Of a DNA stretch of 64,000 nucleotides, positions 1 through 10,561 are shown piece by piece. Under the pieces are notes generated by a model. The model searched no databases, was not told the DNA's origin, and saw only the letters and a program-made list of their open reading frames with translations. Position numbers and translations under genes: made by a program. Origin of the DNA: an uncultured cyanobacterium (GTDB lineage Bacteria; Cyanobacteriota; Cyanobacteriia; PCC-6307; Cyanobiaceae); NCBI GenBank assembly GCA_963765575.1, contig CAVXWZ010000001.1:64001-128000 (forward strand), in the 5' to 3' direction. How positions within the stretch are numbered: position 1 is the first letter of the stretch; every line of letters begins with the position of its first letter.

Positions 1-114
1 CAGGGCCTGGGCGGCCCTGAGCCCGGCGAACCCGCCGCCCACGATCACCACATGGGGCAGGCTGGCGCTGTCACCCGGAGGCTCGAGTTCGAGGAAGAAC
101 CGCTCGGGTGCCAT
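1..114 (-). CDS. 5' end of type II NADH dehydrogenase / FAD-dependent oxidoreductase (runs off window; apparent +1 frameshift)
   Basis: Minus strand from ATG at 114 reads MAPERFFLELEPPGDSASLPH, then after one extra G (~53) VVIVGGGFAGLRAAQAL, a Rossmann GxGxxG motif. Not in the ORF track. Confidence 0.7.
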   Translation of the reverse strand, partial: MAPERFFLELEPPGDSASLPHVVIVGGGFAGLRAAQAL

Positions 115-168
115 CGGCGATCCGCTGCAGCTTTCAAGGTATGCGCAAAGCAGCAGTTGTGGGGCGCG

Positions 169-383
169 TTGGAAAGGCAGCACCAGCGCACCCTTGAGCT
201 GATCGGCTCCTGCCCCGAAAGCGGCAGCCTGCCCCTGAGGGACATCAAAGCCCAGTTTCAGGAGCTTGGTGGCGATGTCAGTGAGAGTGCGGGTTGCCGC
301 GTTTCGGTTGTTCTGGCAGGCGAAGTCAGGGTCTTCCCGAGACCCCACCCCTCACCCGATGAGATCACGGAGTGGCACCATGA
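169..383 (+). pseudogene. hicA: HicA-family toxin, degenerate
   Basis: From TTG 169: LERQHQRTLELI...DIKAQFQELGGDVSESAGCRVSVVLAGEVRVFPRPHPSPD. A HicA-like C-terminus DHGVAP* lies in another frame (363-383), implying an internal deletion. The usual FHRPHP reads FPRPHP. Confidence 0.75.
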
Positions 384-671
384 ACCCCAATGACCGTGGA
401 TGAAGACCAAGCCAAAATTGAGGGCGGCCAGGAAAGAGACCAATTTCGAAGTGACATTCGTGGCCTCTCTGTAGAAGCAGGCTTCTATGGTTCAAATCCT
501 GACGAGCTTATCAGGGAGTTCAAAAAGGCATGGGATGATTATCTTGAGGACTGCAACGAGCAAGGGGCTAATCTACGCAAGCCCTTCTCAGGCAAGTTCA
601 ATCTTCACATCGCGTCTGAACTGCACGAGGCATTGGCGATGACTGCGGATGCGCAGGGGGGCTTGGCGTAG
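380..671 (+). pseudogene. hicB: HicB-family antitoxin, degenerate/truncated
   Basis: FYGSNPDELIREFKKAWDDYLEDC..KPFSGKFNLHIASELHEALA is the HicB RNase-H-like plus RHH pattern. The ATGA overlap at 380 is out of frame with the ORF from 390, and the ORF stops early in the RHH helix. Confidence 0.75.
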
Positions 672-765
672 AAGAATGGATGACATGCCGCATGAATAGG
701 CAGGCCACCACCAATCCCCTGCTACTGCTTCAAAATCCATGCCCGCCACGCAGGGGTAATGTCAG

Positions 766-1266
766 GTGATCATGAATCGCATACGGAAATTCGAATTTTG
801 GACCCTACCAGTCGTCAGCGCTTTCTATGCATACGGTACCTTGGCGCATGTGCCCAACATCATGGTTCTGAGTGGCTTTGAATGGAGCAGTGTACCTCTG
901 ACATGGAAGTCATTGGATGTCATTGATTTAGTTCTTGGCCCAACGGCATGCATCGGCCTCTTCAGATGCCTGCAACTTTCGATTCTTGCCTTATGTTCAG
1001 CTGGCGTGGGCCAGGCTATCCTCTACACAACACTGCGTTCGTCGATAATCGATGCCCCTGAGCCTTTCACCATCACGCCAGATCAAAACAGCTACCTGTC
1101 CGCTCTGGTGATCGTTGATGTCGCCACTGGTGATCAGCTTTGCCGGGTTCCTCGCCTCGCTGAAGCGCCAGGATCGCAGGTCGTAGATTCTGTTGTAGCC
1201 CAGCTCTCGTGCGCAGTCCATCTGAGGCAAAATGTAACCTGGCAACAGCTGTCTGGGATGTGTTGA
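766..1266 (+). CDS. hypothetical membrane protein, possibly degenerate
   Basis: Several hydrophobic segments in the first ~120 aa; the tail looks like read-through. Family not recognised. Confidence 0.4.
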   Translation: MIMNRIRKFEFWTLPVVSAFYAYGTLAHVPNIMVLSGFEWSSVPLTWKSLDVIDLVLGPTACIGLFRCLQLSILALCSAGVGQAILYTTLRSSIIDAPEPFTITPDQNSYLSALVIVDVATGDQLCRVPRLAEAPGSQVVDSVVAQLSCAVHLRQNVTWQQLSGMC

Positions 1267-1331
1267 GGGACGAGGTCATAGAAATTTCTTTCCTCCGAAT
1301 GTTAAAATTGAATGAATAGCCTCAGATCGAC

Positions 1332-2999
1332 ATGACGTTTGTGCGTTCCGCCCTTTGTGCTGCAACCCTGGCGGCTGGCACTTTGCTGGCCGGTCTGCCT
1401 GGCGTCGCTGCTGGACGGCTGGTGTTCACCTATGGACCTGCGTCCCGTTCGATCAAGGTTGAGTCGCTGGAGACCTTTGCTGCCACGGGTCAGGTAAACG
1501 ATGACCTGCGCCTTTTCATCAAGGGCAACGATCTTGAGCAACAAAAGAAATATCGTAAAGCTCTCACGTTTCGCGCCAGTGTCAAGCCAATCTTAGTGTC
1601 TCGCTTTCTCAACACCCATATCGGCGAAGAGGTGCTCACCCGGCTCGGTAAAGCCATCACACTGAACAGCGGTGCCAACGGCAAACTGGCGCTCAGAAGT
1701 GCACTGGTTGAGGCCGCCTACGACAAGGACGGCCTCAGCGTGGTGAATGTGATGAAGAAACTGCCTGTGGATATCACCTTTAATGGGAAGATGATTATCG
1801 ATCTGGCAGCTGAAGTGAAGCGATTGGTGCTCGGAACCGAGGAGCTGATCAAGACATTTCGTTCTTCTACTGAAGAAGAAGCAAAGACTAGCGCCCCAGT
1901 GGATTACTCTCAATTACCAGACATGTCCCAGTCTGGGCCGTATACGGTGGAGAAGCGGGTCTGGAATCTTGTTGATTCGAGCCGACAACGTAAATTCTAC
2001 GTGGATGTTTACCTGCCTGTTGGCAGTGATGGCGAAAAATTGTCAGTCATTGTCTTTTCTCATGGGCTTTCGTCACGGCCGGAGGACTACTCCACTGGTC
2101 TTCGCCATATGGCATCTCACGGTTATGCCGTTGCTGCTCCCCAGCATCCAGGCAGTGACAACATCTGGATTAAAGAACTGATCAAGGGGATCAACACTGA
2201 TGTTTTTGATGTCAACGAATACATTAATCGACCGGCGGACATCAGTTATGTGCTCGACGAGCTTCAGCGCCGCAATGCTGCGGAGTTTGAGGACAGGTTG
2301 GTGCTCGACAATGTGGGCATTGCCGGCCACTCCTTTGGTGGCTACACCGCCCTGGCTGTTGGCGGAGCTCGAGTGGACTTCGAGCATCTCAAGCAGGAAT
2401 GCGAACGCACCTACGGCGGTGTCGACGTCTCTATCCTTCTCGAGTGCGAGGCACTTCGCCTACCCCAAAAGGCCTACGATTTCAAAGACGATCGGGTCAG
2501 CGCCATCTTTGCCTTCAACCCGGTTAATCGTGCCATCTTCGGTCCGAAGGGGCTTGCATCCATCAACCTTCCCACTGCTATGTCCTCTGGCAGTTACGAC
2601 CCGGCTGCTCCGCCGGCCCTGGAGCAAGCGAGCAGTTTTACCTGGCTCAAGATGCCTGATAAGTACTGGATGATGGTGGAGGGGCAGGCCCACGTGAATT
2701 TTGACAATATCGATCCCGGTATCAAGCGGTCAATCGAAGCGATCACTGATCTGACCATTCCCAGTGAGGCTCTGATCGTTACCTATGTGAAAGCAATGGT
2801 GCTGCCCTTCTTCAAGGTCCACGTTGATGGTGAAGCAGATCACAAGGTCTACCTGCGCTCTGCTTATGCTGAGTATCTGTCCAGAGGAAAGCCGTTCAAG
2901 CTCGATTTCGTGACGGCTGCGTCATCGGACAGAATGCGGCAGGCGATCATCAACTTTCAGTCGACCCATCCATCGAAAGCCGTCGGTACACACAAGTGA
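1332..2999 (+). CDS. secreted alpha/beta hydrolase with N-terminal DUF1400 (COG4188-like)
   Basis: Signal peptide, DUF1400-like YGP..RSIKVESLETFA, FSHGL, nucleophile GHSFGG, SGSYD and GQAH (candidate Ser-Asp-His triad). Confidence 0.9.
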   Translation: MTFVRSALCAATLAAGTLLAGLPGVAAGRLVFTYGPASRSIKVESLETFAATGQVNDDLRLFIKGNDLEQQKKYRKALTFRASVKPILVSRFLNTHIGEEVLTRLGKAITLNSGANGKLALRSALVEAAYDKDGLSVVNVMKKLPVDITFNGKMIIDLAAEVKRLVLGTEELIKTFRSSTEEEAKTSAPVDYSQLPDMSQSGPYTVEKRVWNLVDSSRQRKFYVDVYLPVGSDGEKLSVIVFSHGLSSRPEDYSTGLRHMASHGYAVAAPQHPGSDNIWIKELIKGINTDVFDVNEYINRPADISYVLDELQRRNAAEFEDRLVLDNVGIAGHSFGGYTALAVGGARVDFEHLKQECERTYGGVDVSILLECEALRLPQKAYDFKDDRVSAIFAFNPVNRAIFGPKGLASINLPTAMSSGSYDPAAPPALEQASSFTWLKMPDKYWMMVEGQAHVNFDNIDPGIKRSIEAITDLTIPSEALIVTYVKAMVLPFFKVHVDGEADHKVYLRSAYAEYLSRGKPFKLDFVTAASSDRMRQAIINFQSTHPSKAVGTHK

Positions 3000-3021
3000 G
3001 TCGTGCCTAGTGTTCGTCAAC

Positions 3022-3039
3022 CTCCAGATTATCCTGGAG
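3022..3039 (+). terminator. short hairpin downstream of hydrolase
   Basis: CTCCAG-attatc-CTGGAG followed by TCTT; weak U-tract. Confidence 0.3.
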
Positions 3040-3460
3040 TCTTCACCTGATGCAATCAGCGAAATCTAGTTGCTGTTCTTAAGTTTGAGTGAGTGACAGC
3101 GCTGTGCGACCACTGCCTCCATGGAAATCACTTTAGTTTCTCACTCTGTTATAAGTCTTGTATCCGTAGCGTGCCATCCGGAGCGGCTCGATGAGAAGTT
3201 GACACGAGAGTCGGCATCAGCTCTCGTTCGAAAACTTCTTCCCGGACTTTGGCCGCGGTCTCTCTGGTGAGAACGACTACATCAAACTCGCCGCGAGCAT
3301 CCCCTGGGATGACCTGGACGATGTCCACCTTGCACTTCTGAAAGGGCTCTGGAGCACCCACCAGAGGGGTATAGACATCTATAGATAGCTATGGCGATAT
3401 GACCTATCGATTGGTGCCGTCAGTTTGTGGTGGATGGGGGGGCGCTAGCCCATTCATGCT

Positions 3461-4027
3461 TCACGCATGGTGCTGTTGGTGGCGGATGAACCAGATGCGC
3501 TGGAGGACCACGACCAGCAGCGCCGTACTCCAACCCAGAAGAAGCACACCAGAAAGGGCTTGACACCCCGCCACAACCCGCCAGGTCATCCCTACCGTCA
3601 CGTCCCCATAGCCCAGGCTCGTGAAGGTGACCAGGGAGAAATACAGGGCTTGGCTGAACGAGTCCAGCGCTCCTCCAATGTCATAGAAGAGTGCCCAGAG
3701 CATCACTTGCATGATGGCGGTGCCGAAGAGCACAAACAATGAAAGCATCGTGGCAATGGCCGATTGAAGCGATGGCTTCCTTGACCAGCGCTCGAACCTG
3801 TGGCTGTAGATCCAGGCGAGTATAATATTCGTAGCCCACATCTGCAGCAGGGCACAGATCACCAGCAGCACTATACCTAGTCCAAGCTGTTGCAGGGTGT
3901 TGCTGTTTTCTGTGTGGACCTGCTCGTTGGCCACCCTGGCGATCGCAGATGGCATCGGCATGGTCAGCAGGGCCAGTCCAATGGTGATGGCCTGCTGAGC
4001 AGGCCTTTTCGTTCTTGAACTCGCCAT
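3461..4027 (-). CDS. small potassium channel protein (Ion_trans_2)
   Basis: Pore helix/filter ALYFSLVTFTSLGYGDV flanked by TM helices; start uncertain. Confidence 0.85.
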   Translation of the reverse strand: MASSRTKRPAQQAITIGLALLTMPMPSAIARVANEQVHTENSNTLQQLGLGIVLLVICALLQMWATNIILAWIYSHRFERWSRKPSLQSAIATMLSLFVLFGTAIMQVMLWALFYDIGGALDSFSQALYFSLVTFTSLGYGDVTVGMTWRVVAGCQALSGVLLLGWSTALLVVVLQRIWFIRHQQHHA

Positions 4028-4389
4028 CAGGTTGGAGACTGTTCCAGGCAAGCTAGCCCTGTTCCCTGCACGAGGACGGGAGGCCTGTTCGCCAGGCAAT
4101 TCTTCTGGGCAGGGAGCTGGAGCCTGAGGTGATCTTTCAGCTTGTCACAGCGAGATGCGGCTAGATGCCTGGGAGAACACGATAGATATAACTACATGTC
4201 TAGATATTCGAGGAAATGATAGCAATAAGGTTTTCGCCATTCCATGAGGGGTGCAACCGTCCCAGGAGAGAATTGTGGGCCTTTCTTGACCACTGAGTAT
4301 GCTGACACTTCCGACTACAGTGCATTGGGTGCCCACAGACTCTACTCACTTTCGGCTGCATTGCATCGTGAAGGGCAATTCTCGGAGCA

Positions 4390-6750
4390 GTGATGCCCTC
4401 TTCGGTGGTCAGTCTGAATCAGATAGCACTGTTGTTTAATCGCAGACCCTTGTGCTCAGCTCCCAGCTGGGCATCAGCGTCCTTGTTTTTCACCAGGACT
4501 TGCAAGCGTTCGAACATTAGCAGCTACTATATGCAAATGGCCATTGCCACTGGCTCGTTGCAACGACAGCTCTCCTGGGCAGGTAGGCGCGTGAATCTCT
4601 CTCCGCGCATCCGATTCGGCCTTCGCCTGGCCCTGGCAATGGTGATGGCCTATTGGGTGGCTCTGTCGATGGACTGGCAGAGGCCTTTCTGGGCGGGGAT
4701 TTCCGTCACGGTGCTCAGTCTGGATAGTGCCGGCCAATCCATGCTCAAGGTGGTGTTGCGTTTCGTTGGAACCGTCGTAGGTGCGGTGGTAGCCCTGAGC
4801 CTGATCGCGCTGTTCCCTCAGGATCGCTGGTTGTTCTTTCTTTCTCTCTCGCTGTATGAGGGATTCTGCTGTTATCGGATGTTAGGCAGCTCCTATCCCT
4901 ACGCCTGGACGGTGTCGGGGTTTGTGGCCGCTGTCATTGCGATCGATGGTGGTCCGCCCGATGGTCTCACTGACTTCAATGTGGCCATAGAACGCCTCCT
5001 GGAGACGGGAACAGGAATTCTTGCCTACACATTCAGTGGATTTCTCATCCCCACCGGCAGCATGGGGGGAGCCTTCCAAGCCAAATTAGCGGCAATTGCA
5101 CAACGGCTTGGACATCTCCTGCCGGCCTGCCTGGCTCCCTATGGGGGGAGGCACTCAGCCGATCCTCAGACAGCCAAGGATCTCCGGCAACTCCATGCCG
5201 ATGCCGCCACGTTTGAGACGCTGGTGGCGCCTGCCGCGATGGAGAGTGGCTCCATCTGGATGGAACGTCGTCGCTGGGGTCAGGTGGCACTGGCTTTCAG
5301 GTTGCTTCCCCGCGCTCTGAGCCACGTTCGCCTGGCCGGCTTCGAGTTGGGGAACAGGGAGAGACTTTTGCTCGATCAACCCGTCAGCGCCCTTCAACAG
5401 CGGTTGGGACAACGCTTCGCAGCGATGGGGAATGCGGTCGACGGCGAGTCAACACTATCGTCTCCAATCCCCCCACCGTTGTCGGGCCCCACACCCCTCG
5501 AACGAATGGACTGCTCAATAGAGGAGCAAGCACACCTTCTGGCGAGCTGGAGGTCACTGCTGGAGCTCGATGCGATCAGCCATCGCTTGGTTGGCATCAT
5601 GCGTGGCCTGTCAGCTCCTCTGCTAGGTGCCCCTTCTTCTGGCCCTGCTCTCGGTTGGCCCCCACAGCAGGAAGCAAGGCTGGCGTCGATTGATCCCGAT
5701 CACCTCTGGCTGGCAATCCGGCTGGTGATACAGATCTGGATCGCCGTGCTGCTGTGGATTTATCTTCCTGGTCTTCCCAATGGCCTCGCGATCATCTCTC
5801 TGATTCCAAGTGTTGGCCTGCCCCTGGCTCAGATGCCATTGTTCAGGGGGCAAACGTTATTCGCGCCTGGGCTACAGGCGCTCTTGGCCGCTGGAATTCT
5901 GTACGTATTTGTGCTTCCCAAATTGGATGGGTTTCTCGGCCTCGCCAGTGTTCTGGGGATTGCAACCTTCGTGATTGGTGCTTGCTACTACAAGAATGGG
6001 CCGAAGCGAAATATTATGATGATACTGATAATCGTTTCTTGCAATATTCAGAATCAACAATCTTATGATTTCATCGGTTTTCTCAATTTGGCCCTTGCCA
6101 TTATCCTCACATTTTCAATTCTAACCCTATCCCAGGATCTGCCAATGTCATGGCTCCCCGAAAGGCAAGCCCTGCGGCTGTTGCATCGTCTGATGTCAAG
6201 CGCCACTGCCATCGTTCAATTGACGACGCAGGAGGCCCATGACCCGCTCCCATGGCCGCAACGGATTTGCCTGGCTTTCCACCGTAGAGTTGCTCGAGGC
6301 ATACCGTCAAAGTTGGCTGCGCTTTCTTCTAGTCTGCCGCTCCAGATGTTAAAGCTCAACAAAATCCAAATCGATGACCTACTTGGTTCTGTGGAGTCGC
6401 TATCACTCTGGCTAGATGAATGGAGTGAGCCACTGACATTGTTAACCATCCCACCATTTCGGCTTCCCTTGACTTCGTTCTCGGATCAGCCAGGATCCTC
6501 GGATGATCATTCTCCATGGTCACGCCCTCCTCACCGCTTGGATTCGATGGTTGTGGCGGTGGGAGCCGTTAACGCTGGTTGCTGCTCCAGGCTCACTGCT
6601 GCCTCCCCCAGCCCAGCGACTGGGCCCGGGATGGACGGCCTTGCTGAGTGGCTTGGCTGCGGGCTTGCTCTGGAATCGGCTTTGCGCCAGTTGCAGGCAG
6701 TTACGGCTTCGTTTGAATGGAAGAGATGGCAGCAACCACGCTTCTCATGA
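4390..6750 (+). CDS. FUSC-family (AaeB-like) efflux inner membrane protein
   Basis: RLALAMVMAYWVAL..RPFWAGISV..LRFVGTVVGA N-terminal FUSC pattern; two TM clusters. True start probably ~4531-4591. Confidence 0.85.
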   Translation: MMPSSVVSLNQIALLFNRRPLCSAPSWASASLFFTRTCKRSNISSYYMQMAIATGSLQRQLSWAGRRVNLSPRIRFGLRLALAMVMAYWVALSMDWQRPFWAGISVTVLSLDSAGQSMLKVVLRFVGTVVGAVVALSLIALFPQDRWLFFLSLSLYEGFCCYRMLGSSYPYAWTVSGFVAAVIAIDGGPPDGLTDFNVAIERLLETGTGILAYTFSGFLIPTGSMGGAFQAKLAAIAQRLGHLLPACLAPYGGRHSADPQTAKDLRQLHADAATFETLVAPAAMESGSIWMERRRWGQVALAFRLLPRALSHVRLAGFELGNRERLLLDQPVSALQQRLGQRFAAMGNAVDGESTLSSPIPPPLSGPTPLERMDCSIEEQAHLLASWRSLLELDAISHRLVGIMRGLSAPLLGAPSSGPALGWPPQQEARLASIDPDHLWLAIRLVIQIWIAVLLWIYLPGLPNGLAIISLIPSVGLPLAQMPLFRGQTLFAPGLQALLAAGILYVFVLPKLDGFLGLASVLGIATFVIGACYYKNGPKRNIMMILIIVSCNIQNQQSYDFIGFLNLALAIILTFSILTLSQDLPMSWLPERQALRLLHRLMSSATAIVQLTTQEAHDPLPWPQRICLAFHRRVARGIPSKLAALSSSLPLQMLKLNKIQIDDLLGSVESLSLWLDEWSEPLTLLTIPPFRLPLTSFSDQPGSSDDHSPWSRPPHRLDSMVVAVGAVNAGCCSRLTAASPSPATGPGMDGLAEWLGCGLALESALRQLQAVTASFEWKRWQQPRFS

Positions 6751-6980
6751 CCCTGCTGTTATTACTCCAGCGCCATCCTCCCCGAGAAGCTGAGATCCGG
6801 GGTGTGTTCTTTTCTCCACAGTTGATATGCGCTCTGCTTGGAATGGCTGCCGCCTGGGCCACTGCAGCCGCCCTGAGCAGAGCCAATCTTTTCCATAATT
6901 TTGAAAGTCCACTCCTTGTCTTGATCGCTTTCAGCATTATCTATGCGGTAATTTTCAGTTTGCTTCTTGTGCCGGCATGA
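6747..6980 (+). CDS. DUF1656 (AaeX-like) small membrane protein
   Basis: P.E..I.GVFFSP motif, 2 TM, ATGA overlaps with both neighbours. Confidence 0.75.
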   Translation: MTLLLLLQRHPPREAEIRGVFFSPQLICALLGMAAAWATAAALSRANLFHNFESPLLVLIAFSIIYAVIFSLLLVPA

Positions 6981-8101
6981 AGATCAGACCCAAGCTACGC
7001 CGTCATCTCCCCACCACTATTCTGGTCGTGGTCGCCCTCGGCTTGCTGGGGATGAAAACCTGGGACTTCATTCGCAATCCCTGGACGCGTGATGGTCAGG
7101 TTCGTGCCACCGTGATCCAGGTGACTTCGAGGGTCTCCGGTCCGATCGTCCGACTGCCGATTAGGGATAATCAACCGGTGAAGAAGGGTGAGCTTCTGTT
7201 TGAGATTGATCCCAGCACATTTCAAGCCAGCGTGAGACAGGCGAAGGCAGACCTTGACAACACGCGCGACGAGGTCCGTGCTCTTGCCAAGGAAGTGGAA
7301 GCCGCCAAGGCCAGTGTGAAGCAAGCCCGCTCAGTGATCAGGAAGGAAGAGTCGGTTTTGATGGGCCTAAACGCCCAATTGATCGACAGCAAGGCCAATT
7401 TTGATCGCGCTGCTGAACTGATCAAAAGTGGTGCTATCACACGTCAGCAATACGATGATCAGATTGCTTCCTACACCACGGCCCAGAGCAACGTTGCAGA
7501 AGCCGAGGCTGCGATTCTTCAGGCAGAAGCTGCCTTGCTTCAGTCACAGGCAAGCCTTCAGCAGGCCATTGCCAAACTTGGTGCACCAGGCGATGAGAAC
7601 GCCCAGGTACGGGCGGCCATCTATGCCCTGCGGAATGCGCAATTGAATCTCCAGTTCGCCACCGTCCGAGCGCCGGTGGATGGGCTTGTGACCAACCTCA
7701 CCCTGCAACGGGGAACTCAGGCCGTGGAGAACCAACCGGCTCTGGCCCTGGTTGATCGAAACAGCTTTTGGATCGAGGCGTACTTCCGTGAGACCTGGAT
7801 CGGCAGGATTCAGCCGGGCGATCAGGCCGTCGTCACCCTGATGAGCTTTCCCAACCATCCTCTTTTGGGCAAGGTGGAAAGCATCGGTTGGGGTATCGCC
7901 CAGGACAATGGCAGTACGGGCGAATTCCTGCTGCCGAATGTGAATCCAACATTCGAATGGATTCGACTTGCGCAGAGAATCCCCGTGAGGATTGAGGTTG
8001 AGAATGTACCTCAACCGGTGATTCTGCGGCTCGGCAGTACAGCGTCGGTGCTGGTGAAGACGGGAATCGGCAGCCGCACTTCCGATTCACCTCAACCGTG
8101 A
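6977..8101 (+). CDS. HlyD-family membrane fusion protein (AaeA-like)
   Basis: PWTRDGQVRA, lipoyl half-motif VKKGELLFEID, coiled coil, PTFEWIRLAQRIPVRI. Confidence 0.92.
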   Translation: MKIRPKLRRHLPTTILVVVALGLLGMKTWDFIRNPWTRDGQVRATVIQVTSRVSGPIVRLPIRDNQPVKKGELLFEIDPSTFQASVRQAKADLDNTRDEVRALAKEVEAAKASVKQARSVIRKEESVLMGLNAQLIDSKANFDRAAELIKSGAITRQQYDDQIASYTTAQSNVAEAEAAILQAEAALLQSQASLQQAIAKLGAPGDENAQVRAAIYALRNAQLNLQFATVRAPVDGLVTNLTLQRGTQAVENQPALALVDRNSFWIEAYFRETWIGRIQPGDQAVVTLMSFPNHPLLGKVESIGWGIAQDNGSTGEFLLPNVNPTFEWIRLAQRIPVRIEVENVPQPVILRLGSTASVLVKTGIGSRTSDSPQP

Positions 8102-8442
8102 GGGTCCAAGCTATTCTCCCGACACCATCCACCGCAGCGATCGTCTTTCCGCCAGCACCACTCTTACCAGCGGTCAGGCTCCTTGGGCCAGCAGGTGTAC
8201 CGCAGGCTGCACACGATCCAGACCACCGAGGCCGACCCTGCCACCGCAGTGGTGCAGCGTGCGCCGCCCTAACCCCGCGGTGAGGCGCCGCTGAGCGTGA
8301 TGGGCCTGGCCTGCGGCACCTGCCGCATGGGCCCCCCGAACCGTCCACGGCCGAGGTGAAGCTGCAGGCCCGCGGCCATGAACCGGAGAATCTCTGGATC
8401 GCCAATGCCCTGCGCATCGCCGAGCACATCAAGACCGATCGT

Positions 8443-9512
8443 CGATCACGATATGGGCTGAGAATTTAAGCCGTCTTCATCCATATCCGAAGCAGGCCAT
8501 CACCCAGCGCCAGCGCGACATGTCCAAGGAAGAGTCCCAGAATCCCACTGGATATCGTTCCGCCGATCAAACCCAGGACGATGATCAGCATCGGCACCGG
8601 CAGACCTTGCCCATCCAGAACGACCTGAACATGTTATCGCTTGGGCCTGCGGCGAGCATCCCGATGGTCCACAGCAGGGCGCCAAGGGTGTCATCGTTAT
8701 CCAGGCATCGATGATGGCCGGACGCGCGATCAGGGTGGGACCAAGCTGAATGATCGTCAGCACAAAGGACATCACCACCAACAGCCCTGCACCCGGAATC
8801 CTGCCGGCAAACAGGCCAACACCCACCAGGCCCGTCTGGACAACGGAGACTCCGACAGCGCCGCGAATGACGTTTTGGATTGTGGAGGTGGTCAAAATAA
8901 GGATATCCTCAATCTGGGCTGGCGCCAGCTTGCTGACAACTCTCCCGATGCGCAGGCGTAAGGCCCTCGGGTTCACCATGAATCCAGCAGCGACCACCAT
9001 GGAGATAATCAAGTGGATCCTGGTGATCCCTGCGTTGGCACTGAGTTCAATCACAAACTTGGTCAGATTCTCCAGTTGTGGTTTCAATTGTTGGAGAATG
9101 GATCCAAGGTCGCCGATGGATCTTCGCCAGAGGCTGGCGACCTGATTGCCGATGAGTGGCCAGGATTCCAACCCCTCAGCCGGTGAGGGGATCACGAACT
9201 GACCCCATGAGATGGCAGAAGCAATCTTCTCAACGTTGTCGAAGACCACAACGCCAAGCAAGGCGAGTGGCCCCATGGTGAAGGCAATTCCCAGCAGGGT
9301 GATCAGTGTGGCGTCAACGGTACAGCGCTGACCCAGCCGACGTTTCAGCACCAGGACCACCGGATGGAGGTCGATCGCCAGGATTGCCGTCCAGTTGACG
9401 ATGCCCAGGAACGGATGGACCACCATGAAGCACCAACCGGCAAGACCGAGAATCAGCACGAGTCTGATGGCGCTATCGATGGAATCCTGGGATTTCTTCA
9501 AGGGGCGATCAC
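8443..9512. repeat. 7-bp direct repeat CGATCAC flanking the AI-2E gene
   Basis: CGATCAC at 8443-8449 and 9506-9512. Confidence 0.55.
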
Positions 9513-9516
9513 CCAT
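8466..9516 (-). pseudogene. AI-2E family (YdiK-like) transporter, frameshifted
   Basis: AIRLVLILGLAGWCFMVVHPF, TIQNVIRGAVGVSVVQ. The C-terminal PVPMLIIVLGLIGG...RIWMKTA* is in a different frame ending at 8466. Confidence 0.75.
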
Positions 9517-9865
9517 CGACTACGGCATATTGAACCTGGTCTTCCACCTGCCGGCCCATGTCGACCAGGCCCTCAAGGATCAGACGGAGAGTGTCACAGC
9601 GCCTTGGTCTGTGCTGGAGGCGATCTGGATGTGATCCCTTTGTGGCAGCCGACCCTCGGTGCACCGATGTGCCCTGCTGACCGCTGTGCTTTGGGCACGA
9701 CTCACCCAATTGAGCATTAAAACCTTCAGTTGGACCACGACCGGTGCCTGATGATGGGCCATGGCCAGAATCCTCCGGGTTGTCTGCAAGTTCACCTCCA
9801 GCCAAGTCTCTTCCCTCTGTGCTATTGCTTCGCGGTGCTAAGATTGTGAGATTCTCACCCTAGCC

Positions 9866-10561
9866 ATGTCACAGGAACGCCCACAGCTCTTCGGCCGCAC
9901 GCGTTTCCTGATCGGTCAAGTCGATGACTTCCTGGATAAGCTCGCCGAAGGCGCTGTGCTGTTTGAGCATGGCCTGCTGGCATTGATCGAAGAAGGCGTC
10001 AACGAAGGGACAGAGCAGAAAGCCGATCAACTCAAGGAGCTCAAGGAACGCTGCAAGGAACTGCGTCGTAATGTGGTCAACACGCTCGTGGGCGAAATGC
10101 TCATCCCCGATTTCCGCGGCGATGTGCTGAGCCTCCTCTCCAACCTCTTTAGGTTGCTGGATGTCATGGGGCGCACTTACATTGAATTCTTGATCGAACA
10201 TCAGAGTTCTTTGGCAACAGTCGATATCACTCCTTCAAGCACCAGCTCACTCGAGTTGCGGCGTCACTACAAGGAGTTGATCTCCGTTGTCGTGAAAAGT
10301 GTGTTGGCCACGGTGTCTGCTGCGCGGGCCTTTTTTCGTAGTCCGGCGGCTGTCCATGATCATATCAATCTCATCCGTATCTACGAGAACGAGGCCGATG
10401 TCATTGCCCTGCGCCTGAAGCGCTTAATTTATTCTTTGCCAATGAGTCTGGAGAAGAAGAGCCAGATGCGGGATGCAACCGATGTGATTGATGCCATTGC
10501 CGACATGGCAGAAGATCTCAGTGATGATCTAGCCGTTTATGCCATCAAGCGTGAGCTCTGA
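9866..10561 (+). CDS. DUF47 / PhoU-like phosphate transport regulator
   Basis: ELRRNVVNTL..MLIPDFRGD, ENEADVIA, DAIADMAED; directly upstream of PiT. Confidence 0.88.
   Translation: MSQERPQLFGRTRFLIGQVDDFLDKLAEGAVLFEHGLLALIEEGVNEGTEQKADQLKELKERCKELRRNVVNTLVGEMLIPDFRGDVLSLLSNLFRLLDVMGRTYIEFLIEHQSSLATVDITPSSTSSLELRRHYKELISVVVKSVLATVSAARAFFRSPAAVHDHINLIRIYENEADVIALRLKRLIYSLPMSLEKKSQMRDATDVIDAIADMAEDLSDDLAVYAIKREL

Noticed and set aside
3149..3361. 70-aa minus-strand ORF
   Set aside because: No recognisable motif; cannot be supported.
3361..3412. ATAG/CTAT-rich palindromic patch resembling a LysR site
   Set aside because: Spacing does not fit ATAG-N8-CTAT and there is no convincing target gene.
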